64,000 nucleotides of DNA from Eledone cirrhosa (lineage: Eukaryota): positions 48,794,001-48,858,000 of the forward strand of contig OZ024751.1 of the NCBI GenBank assembly GCA_964016885.1. Direction: 5' to 3'. The translations under genes and the position numbers were made by a program. The notes beneath the pieces are model-generated. The model ran no database searches. It saw nothing but the letters and a program-made list of their open reading frames with translations, and had not been told where the DNA came from. The first letter of the stretch is position 1. The number at the start of each line of letters is the position of its first letter. Shown one piece after another: positions 55,185 through 64,000 of this stretch.

Positions 55185-58100
55185 CTACCTACAGCCGCAT
55201 GACCAGAGTAGGCCCACTCACACGGGCCATTCTCGCCACATTAACTCACTACTGGGGGGCAGCACTTCTCTCTCCACCCTCACCTTCCTTTCCAAGTGAA
55301 ACTTGAAAAAGTTGATGAGGGATTGGCCGAAGAGAAAAGTTTCTGTCTTCAGTCCTTTCAACCTCGTCCACCATACAACCTCTTTCGCTACTGCCACCAG
55401 ACAGAGGAAAATTGCCTGCCCTGCCTGACCAAAAGAAGGCGGCGGATCGATCTTCACTATGGACTCGGCCGATAGCCAGATCCGTTCAACACGCGACAAC
55501 AGCTGTTCAACATAACTCCACAAGTCAGTAATGCACGGACACTGGACGAGTGCGTGCAGAACGGTTTCGTCGCTCTGCGCGCATCTCGGGCAGGTCCGTC
55601 TTACAGCACTTCCGTGCCTGTAGAGTTTATCTCGAACCGGTAGTGCCCCCCGGTAGCACTGCCAAGCGAGGGATATTTGGAAATTATCCATCGTCCCCGG
55701 CTCGAAAGTCCTCCCGTACAGACTGGTTAGTTCGACTTCGTTGACTCCCAGAGCCTCTCCGAGTGCGTCGTCGCACTTGCCCACCGCTAATCCTCTATAG
55801 AACTCGAGAGTAGAAGTTCCACTGACCGCATTGTCCGCCTGGTAGAGGGCAGTGAGTGCCTGGCAAAATTCCAGATGCCAGTCACCCAGTCTCGGTCTCT
55901 TCTTGACCCAGGACTGCAACTCAGTCAAAGAAACGAGCTGCGGAAAGGCCCGTCTGACAAACGGCGACCACACCTGTTCACCGTTTAGGCAGAATATCTG
56001 GAGATGCCGCAGCCTTAGCGCGTGCCTGCGCATCATTAGCCACGGCATTCCCAGCCCTCCACGTAGAGGATACTGGCAGGAGATGGACCGCCTCACCAGC
56101 GGAACCTGACCCCTCCACAAGAATTTGAAGAGGAACCTCTCCAAGATGGCGAGGCGCGAACGGGGGCAAGGGACGACAGTCAGACGGTAGTAGATGACGA
56201 ACGCGATGTACGCGTTCGCCACCTCCGTCCGACCTTTCAGTGATAGCTTCATCCCAGCTCATTTCTGGGTGAGACTGACTACCCTGCCCGTCACCTAGTC
56301 CCAATTCTTATCCACCTGAAGGTCTGGCCCCAACCAAACCCCTAGCAACTTTACCGGTCCGTCCGTCCAGCACCTAACGACGCTGTTGGACGACATGGAC
56401 TTGCCTCTCCAGGTGCCGAGTTATAAGCCCACTGACTTTTCCGGGTTAAGTTTTGCTCCCGTCAACCTTTCATATTCCTCCAATAAGTTGCCGGCCACCT
56501 CGATTTCTGAGGTGTCCGACACCATCACGGTGATGTCGTCCGCATAAGCCGACACAGCCTTTCCGCGTTCCGGTTCGAGCGGGATGCCCTGCAACAGCTC
56601 CAGCTTCCGCAGTAAAGGCTCGAGAGTCAATACGTACAGAAGGGAGGAGAGAGGACACCCTTGACGGACCGATCGGGAGACCTGAAACGGTTCCGAGAGG
56701 TGGCCATTAATTTTGACCACCGAGCAGGTGCCGCTGTGCATTGCAGTGATCCAGCTTCTGAAGAGCCGCCTTGAGGACAGCCTCCAGGTACCGATGGTCG
56801 ACCTTATCGAATGCTTTCGATTGATCTAAATTGATCAGAGCCCCACCGAAGCCAGGTTTACACCCTACCCTTTCTATGATGTATCGCATCAGGTAGAGGT
56901 TGTCGTGTATGGGATTGCGCAAGTTTGCGCGTCCCCAACCAAATCCACGACGACAAGCGCCAACCTCTTCGCTAACACCCTGGCCAAAATCTTAAACTCT
57001 GTGTTGAGCAGAGTTATGGGCCTGAAATTATCTAGTGTGTCCCTCTTGTTCTCGTCTTTCCTTATCAGCGTCACTACGTCACGGCTCACAGAACTGGGAA
57101 TGCTCCCGTTCTGCTGCCAGTTGCAGTAGAGCGCTTCGAGGAGATTGGAGAACAAGTCTGGCATATTTACGTAAAGCTCGTAGGGAAGACCATCCAAACC
57201 GGGTGACTTGCGCCTCATGCAGCCTACTAGGGTATCCTGAATCTCAGCTGAAGTAATTGGCCTTTCGCAGCGCCCAGCGTCAGCCGTCGAGAGTTGCGGC
57301 AAGCCATCGAGGTAGGGACCGAAGTCCGCCACCATCTCTGACCCGCCACTTCTCCCGAACAACCGAGCAAAATGTTGGCGAAAGGCCTCACACATCCTCT
57401 TGGAATCGCTCAGCTCGAGCCCGTCTCGGTCCGTCAAAGATCGAATCGTGGTTTTATTACCACGCTGCGCCTCTGCCACGCGGGCCCATCGAACAGCTTT
57501 GGTTCCCTCGTTTCTCAGAGCACGCGCCTTAGCTCTGACAATGCAACCTTCGTGTTTCGCATTGAAGAAATGGTCTAATGCCATTCTCGCCGCTAGCACA
57601 TCAGTTGCAATGCCACTACCAATAGCCTCGTCTAACTTATCTACCAACTCTCCCTCCTTTCTATTTTTCTCTAATGCTACTTCTTTGCTAAACTCTATCG
57701 ACATTACTCTAATCACTCTTTTGAGAACCCCCACCATCTATTGTTGACGACTGCCCCTGTCAACTTTTTCTTAACTAAATTGTTGACTTGGTCCCTGTAA
57801 GCCTTACGTGCCGGAAATGACATGTTTAGCTTCCAGTAACCAGGTCCTAACCTACGCGTCTTGTCTAGGTCGACCATACAGATCACAAACTTGTGATCTG
57901 AATAGGCGACCGTTTCAAAACGTGGACAGCTTACACTATTTCTGTCTATTTTCCTAATGAATATCCTGTCTATATACAATCTAGATGACCCTATGCGGTT
58001 AGCCCAGGTCCACACTGGCGCATTAGGGAAATCTAGTCGGTACCTGTCAGACAGTTGGAACTGGCTGATCAGGTTTTTGAGGCTTTTGAACCCCCCGCTC

Positions 58101-58575
58101 CTATCGGATAATCCCACACAGTCCCAGCGTGCGTCTAAGATGCCGTTCCAGTCCCCCGCTAACAGTAAAGGGCGAGACGTACCCAGAAAGGCTTCCAGGC
58201 GTCTAAAGAAGTCCGGCCGTCCTGCCCCAGTAGGAGCATAGACGGCCACCAGTCTAAAGGCACCACCTTCATTATTGTTCACGTCCAGGACCACCAACTT
58301 CCTGTCCGGGTCCCGGAAGATCGACCTTACCTCGAGATCGAGGCCTTTCCTAAACAGCACTGCCACCCCGCCACCCATTCCCAGCTGGCTAACAGATGCA
58401 AAGATCTGATAGTCGTCGAAAATGAGGCTAGTGCGCGCGTGTCGGAAATCCTGGTCTCTCTGACTGCAATTACATCCATTTCTATAGACCTGAGGTCGTT
58501 GAGCAGGTGACCCTGCTTCCAGGACGATCCCAGGCCTCGAACATTTAAACATCCTACTCTTAATACGGCGATGTT
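55185..58575 (-). pseudogene. Tx1 ORF2 (APE endonuclease - reverse transcriptase - CCHC), frameshifted
   Basis: LNVRGL, VYAP, GDWN, IDRIF, SDH (APE); GYWKLN, KSPGLDG, FRPITLLN, DQSKAFD, RQGCPLS, YADD (RT); CPRC..ETVLHALVQC. Confidence 0.95.
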
Positions 58576-58603
58576 GGCAGGTTAAACAGAGAGAGAGGAA
58601 GGT

Positions 58604-60555
58604 TTACTTACCTTCCGGGCTCTTGTGAAGGTCGGGTTGTTCGACCTCCATAGTTAGTGGGGTTTCTTTTGGGAACCCCTTTAAAAGTCTTGAAGTGGGT
58701 TTTACGTTCGGGGTTCCCACGTCCCGAGGAAAGCTGTCTCGTATTTCTTTGAATATGTCGAGCGACATTCGCACCAGAACCAAATCTTCCGGCACGCGAA
58801 ATGTACTCGATTTAAACATTTCCCCCTCTTTTTGTATATTTTCACTTCGTGCTACGAGGGCCATCAGTTCCTTGTTGGCCCTCCTGACGAGCACGAAGTT
58901 TTGTATGTTGTGTTGGTGTGATTTTATTTGTTTGCGTGGCTGTGGTGGTGATGGTTTTAGTGGTGTTGTTTTGGTTGTATCTGTGTTTGTTGTGAGTGCG
59001 ATGTCTGTGGTTTCAGATGTTTGTGTGTATATTTGTTCTTGCGTCTGTTTCGGTTGTTTGCATTTGGGGGATTCTGGTGATGGTGATGGTGGTGTTGATG
59101 TTGGTGTTATTGGAGAGATGTTTGCGTGGGTGGTGTCTGCGTTTTTATTGTGGGTGCTTTTGTGTTTTGTTGATTTTTTTTTTTCTTTTTGTGTTTCCTT
59201 TTTTGTATTTTTGGGTATTTTGGATTTCCCTCATTTTCACTACTGGTAATGAGAGGTCTGTTTCTGTAAGTGTGTCTGTACGTATGTTTAAGGTTTTATT
59301 GGTGTGTGTATTTTTGGGGGAGGGGGAATTTGACAGCTTTCCTCGTTTCCCCCCAGGGTGGTCAATGTTGGTGGTGGTCTTTCTATTGGTGTTGTTGGTG
59401 GTTTTGCCGGTGCAGGTGTTGGTTGTGGTCCTCGCCCCGGCGTCGGCAGCAGTGGAGCCTTTCGACCCCTTGCCTCTTTCAGCAGTTGAGGACAGAAGGC
59501 TCGCAAATGGGTTTTTTCCCCACAAACAAAACACTGCGGCCTTTTGCCTTCGGTCATAATGTGAATGACAGTCCCATTCTGAAGGCGGATGGGGTCTGGG
59601 ATTGTCTTCACATTCTCGGGCCTGATCTGGAGAAGGATCTCCAGGTCAACCCCGAACCAGTCCTCTCTGGCTGTTCTGGTCACTTCTATAGGGACTGTAT
59701 CCGTCCCCTCCACAATCACACATCCCAGAAGCCTGGTGGAATCCTGGAATGCGGAGACGGGCCGTTCTTTTTCCCAGGTGGGAGGGGTACATTATGACCT
59801 TGCTGGTTTTGCAAGGAGTCATGGCGTGTTTCATCGCGAGGGCTTCTGACTTGAACAACACCGAAATGGTGCCGTACTGTCTGCCCCTCTCTATGTACTG
59901 GGTGTCTTCTCTGATGCACCTCAGCGCGACTTCGATATCTTCTTGTGCGATTAACGCTGCCCTTTTGGTTTGTGCTGAGATGCATCTATAATGCACCGTT
60001 TTGCGCTCCACTGCCTCAATAGCTTCTACCGGGACAGTTAAGTTGGCCCAAGTTTGCTCTTGCTTGATGAGCTTCCATGCCTGGGCTAACTTTTCATCTT
60101 TGTTTGAGAGGTCCATGTTGAAGCATGGCCTCTTTTTTGCTGCTGCCGCAGCGAAAGTGGTCTTGTTTTCGTTGGGGGTGTTGTTGACGTTGTTCTTGTT
60201 GGTGTTGTTGTTAGCACTGTCGCGGTTATCATTGTTGTCTTTGTTGCCACCGTTGTTCTCGGTGCAGTTGGTATTGTTGCTGTTGGTGTTGTCGCTATTT
60301 GTTTTCATGTTAGTGGTGTTGATATTGTTGTTGTATTTGTTATTTTTTTTTGTTATCTGTATTTTCGTTGTCGCTGTTACTGTAATTTTTTTCAAAATTA
60401 GAGTTCTTATTGGTATCATTGGTGTCTTTGTTTACCTTGTTTGTGGTGGTGTTTGTGTTATCAATTTGTGTTAATTTCGCTGTAGCGCGCCTCTCAACTT
60501 CTACGTCGTTGTCGCACGACAGCCGACCTATCCCTGGGGAGCGTGGCTCAGCCAT
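58604..60555 (-). pseudogene. Tx1 ORF1 (gag-like nucleic-acid-binding protein), frameshifted
   Basis: Starts MAEPRSPG, then N/T-rich region and zinc knuckle CFVCGEKTHLRAFC; split over ORFs 60340, 59646, 59288, 59145 and 58604. Confidence 0.8.
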
Positions 60556-60781
60556 GTTTTTTTTTCTTCGTAAATTTTTTAACATGTAAAAAAAGTTCAA
60601 ATATTTGGGCCAAAAGGCCCAAATATTATACTTTCCCCTTCACGGGGCCAAGTTCTAAGGGCTTATATCCCTTACACAACAAGAAATATTTAACAACAAA
60701 TAATTTAAACAGGCAAATAAAGCGACTTACTGTGAGCGAGCAAAATACGTCCGCTTAGACCAATAATAATAATAATAATAA

Positions 60782-61065
60782 TTTTAAAAGGATTTGAAAC
60801 TGTCATGAAATCAAGGTCGTCCCGATTATAATAGGCGCACTAGGTACTATCTCAAAGATTTTCCAAGGATGGTTAAAGAAGATTAGTCCAGCCCCGCTTT
60901 TTGGAACACGTCAAAAGTCATGCTTGCTGGGAACAGCAAGAACCCTCCGATACGTCCTGAATATCTGAGGCTGCAGGTAGTGGCTTGATATTCATTTCAA
61001 CAAACTTTCCAGTTAAATAACATCAATGACTGAGACTCAAGGAACAATAATATTAATAATAATGA
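60782..61065 (+). mobile_element. 3' fragment of an R4/Dong-like RLE retrotransposon
   Basis: Manual translation IKVVPIIIGALGTISKIFQGWLKKISPAPLFGTRQKSCLLGTARTLRYVLNI* followed by a short UTR and (AAT)n; a weaker similar ending lies at ~13270-13420. Confidence 0.8.
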
Positions 61066-61431
61066 TTTCTAGTATAGGCACAAGGCCAGTAATTTGGGGT
61101 GAGGGGGAATTCCTCAATTGAGGGGAGACTACCGAAGGTCACTCGTGCTGAAAGCCCATTAAAAACCCATGGTGACGCTGACCTGATATTACTAGTATTC
61201 ATTCCGGTGATTCTGTCGATCCACTGCCTATCTCCCTCTCCAACTGGTATATACTTCACTAATTATCACATGCAGGTTTGATTACCAAAAATGTCTCCCT
61301 TATTGGTTAGACAGATCTAATTTCTCACGGACTACATAATCCAATGAATTCTTCCCTTTCTGAGAACAGCAGAGCTTTATATAAAAGTTGATTTACCAGA
61401 TCAAGGATTACGAAGACGTAGTCTCTCTCTG

Positions 61432-61584
<153 letters not shown>

Positions 61585-61591
61585 CGAAAGG

Positions 61592-61637
<46 letters not shown>

Positions 61638-62087
61638 CGAAGGAAGCGTGGTAAGGAACCAGGTGGACAATAACGCAACAGAGTACTCGATACTTTCTCT
61701 CTTTCTCACCTTTTCTCCCTCCTCTACCATCGTCACTCTCTCGACTACTCGCCACTAGATACAGACTGTGGAGGAGAAGGTGGTGGATTTGTTGGTGGTG
61801 ATGGTTGTTAGATTAGCTCCCTAATTTGTTATGCGAAAGTTGTCGCTGTTGCCATTACTGTGTTCTATCTTTATAAGGTAACAGGCATCAGATGTTATCA
61901 AGGTAATCTAAGCTATTTCTTAAGTTCTAAGTAGCTATCACCTAACTTTCGTTTTTCACACACAATGTGTTTATGCTAATAAACAAAATACAAACAGAAA
62001 CAAATTTACTTACAAACCCAATAGGTATATACGTATCTGCACAATTGAAAATTACTGAAACTTTCATTTCAAATAATTGCATGGTTA

Positions 62088-62131
<44 letters not shown>

Positions 62132-62138
<7 letters not shown>

Positions 62139-62488
62139 AAAAAGAGATGAAATCGAAAATGCAACTGGAGTCTTATTTAAAAAAAAAAAATATTTATTTG
62201 GTTCCTTTACCGGTTTCGCAGTTTTTCTGCTTTTCAAAAGTAGAGTTGAGATGGAGGGTCTGTGGTTTTTCTCACATCTGATGTGAGAAAAACCACATAC
62301 CTTCCATCTCAACTCTACTTTTGAAAAGCAGAAGAACTGCGAAACCGGTAAATGAACCAAATAAATATATTTTAAAAAAAAATAAGACTCCAGTTGCATT
62401 TTCGATTTCATCGCTTTTTCTTTATACTTTCACTCGTGTAGCACACCTCAGTTATTTTTCAATTTGTAAAAAAAACCTCACTTTCTAA
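62132..62488. mobile_element. Fold-back element, family J, in (TA)n with an HHR in both arms
   Basis: Arms 62132-62278 / 62280-62426 with 1-nt loop and ~62-bp tail; ctt-TTGAAAA-GCAG aagaa CTGC-GAAA-CCGG-TA-aa at 62318-62352, mirrored at ~62205-62240. Confidence 0.9.
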
Positions 62489-62511
62489 TATATATATATA
62501 TATATATACTG

Positions 62512-62810
62512 AGGATGAAAAACTAAGAGCTGTATGGGAGCCTCCTCCCAAGAGTCAGCTCAAAAGTGACACAGAGGTGACTGAGTTAGCTGGACATGCT
62601 CACCGACATCCAGAGTTGACATTGCACTCAGTGCACCTGTGGGAGCCCCTACATGGACACACTGGAAGAGGAAGGCCAAGGTTAACGTATGTAGATGCCC
62701 TAAGGACACACACTGGTCTGTTGGAGACGCAGGACATGGCAACAATAATGAGAGACAGAGACGGCTGGAGAGAACTGGTCCATGGATCTCGGGAATTTTA
62801 CCCGCCCTAG
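62512..62810 (+). pseudogene. 3' fragment of RTE-clade LINE ORF2
   Basis: LAGHAHRH...LWEP.HG...RGRPRLTYVDAL...G...MRDRDGWRELV, a typical RTE/RTEX C-terminus. Confidence 0.85.
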
Positions 62811-62921
62811 AAATATATATATATATATATATATATAGCCTTGCCTAGTGAGTACGTTGAGATGCAAGCGGTACTAGCATGGAAACCTTATGCTAGTCCC
62901 GTCAACCTCTTATTATATATG

Positions 62922-62972
<51 letters not shown>

Positions 62973-62976
<4 letters not shown>

Positions 62977-63644
62977 TAATATAAATTTAGCGAGAATCGC
63001 ATTTCCGCGGGTAGAAATTAGCGAAACGCAACTTCCGTATTGTGCAGACAAGCGCTCCATGGATATGAAGAAGAAGAAGATACCAGAGCTATAAACATAA
63101 GTTAAAATGGTCATACACACTGAGACGATGGTTAAGAAGCCTCTTATTATATATGTATGTACCTTAGCCAAAAAAGCGAACAGGCTAAACGGGTCAAACA
63201 AAACAGTTATGATTGAAATGGTTACCCGGACCCTCGGGGAAGATGGAATACTCCGAAATTGGGTTTATGCAACACCTAAATCAATAATACTGTCTGCTTA
63301 TAAAAAATAAGCTTTTGGTATAATGATCGAACAAGGCATCGCTTTCACAACATGTCTTTGTTCTTCGTGCGCCAGAATCTCACAGGTTATGAAAGCACAT
63401 GTGAGGTTCTAAGGGGAGAAAGCTCCTATTTTGGCCAGTGAATTCAGCATGTGTAGTTATTGCAAACATTTGCAAAAACCGCACAAAACAAATTAAGCTC
63501 TTGACCGAGTTGTTTTTAAAATAAACTTAAGCGATCAATCAGTCAATAGCATTAACTAAAAAAAAAACCCCAAAAATTAACTGGTTAATCGCTTGACTTT
63601 GGAGATTAATACAAATATAAATTTAGCGAGAATCGCATTTCGGC

Positions 63645-63648
<4 letters not shown>
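62973..63648. mobile_element. TA-flanked insert with ~35-bp terminal direct repeats
   Basis: aatataaatttagcgagaatcgcatttc(c/g)gcgg at ~62978 and ~63614; internal cctcttattatatatgtatgta (63140) also occurs at 62906. Confidence 0.65.
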
Positions 63649-63717
<69 letters not shown>

Positions 63718-64000
63718 GATAGATAGATAGATAGATAGAGATAGAAAGATTGATAGATAGATATACATAGATATATAGAAAGATAGATAATTTTCTTTTT
63801 ATTTGCCACCAGGGCATCAAAAAGTGGGACATGTAAAATGGGGGGAGTTTACATAACAAGGCGTCCTCAATAAGGAGGAGGCAATAACAAAATATAAAAA
63901 AAGATAGATAGATAGATATACATAGATAGATAGAAAGATTGATATATATATAGATAAAATTATAGATAGATAGATAGATATGTTTCTTTATTAGCCACAG

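Larger units (their letters stand above)
54912..60760 (-). mobile_element. Near full-length Tx1/L1-clade non-LTR retrotransposon
   Basis: ORF1 and ORF2 remnants, GC-richer than flanks, 3' AATAAA then (TTA)n tail, (AAT)n on both sides. Confidence 0.95.

Noticed and set aside
55550-60474. Plus-strand ORFs over the LINE
   Set aside because: Antisense shadows of Tx1 ORF1 and ORF2.

Overview
AT-rich, microsatellite-saturated eukaryotic DNA. The repeat content suggests an octopus or other cephalopod intron/intergenic region (inference). I see no convincing host gene exon, and almost all ORF-track entries are translations of simple repeats. Recognisable content: one near full-length but frameshifted Tx1/L1-clade LINE (minus strand, ~54912-60760) in an (AAT)n tract, 3' fragments of R4/Dong-like and RTE-like LINEs, many tRNA-derived SINEs, and 32-, 50- and ~116-bp tandem arrays. 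The most striking content is a dense set of short elements sitting in (TA)n tracts. Most are fold-back (inverted-arm) or terminally redundant, and together they carry about 20 type I hammerhead ribozyme (HHR)-like motifs from at least 10 apparently unrelated families. Several motifs have non-canonical cores (U3-A8; C[C/A]GUUGA) with compensatory stem changes. One family is attached to a Penelope-like (PLE) GIY-YIG C-terminus; two others look like non-coding, circularly permuted or 1.5-mer retrozyme-like units. The dominant SINE shares a 3' stem-loop and (TTA)n tail with the Tx1 LINE. All structures were read by eye, none was folded or searched computationally, and coordinates may be off by a few bases.
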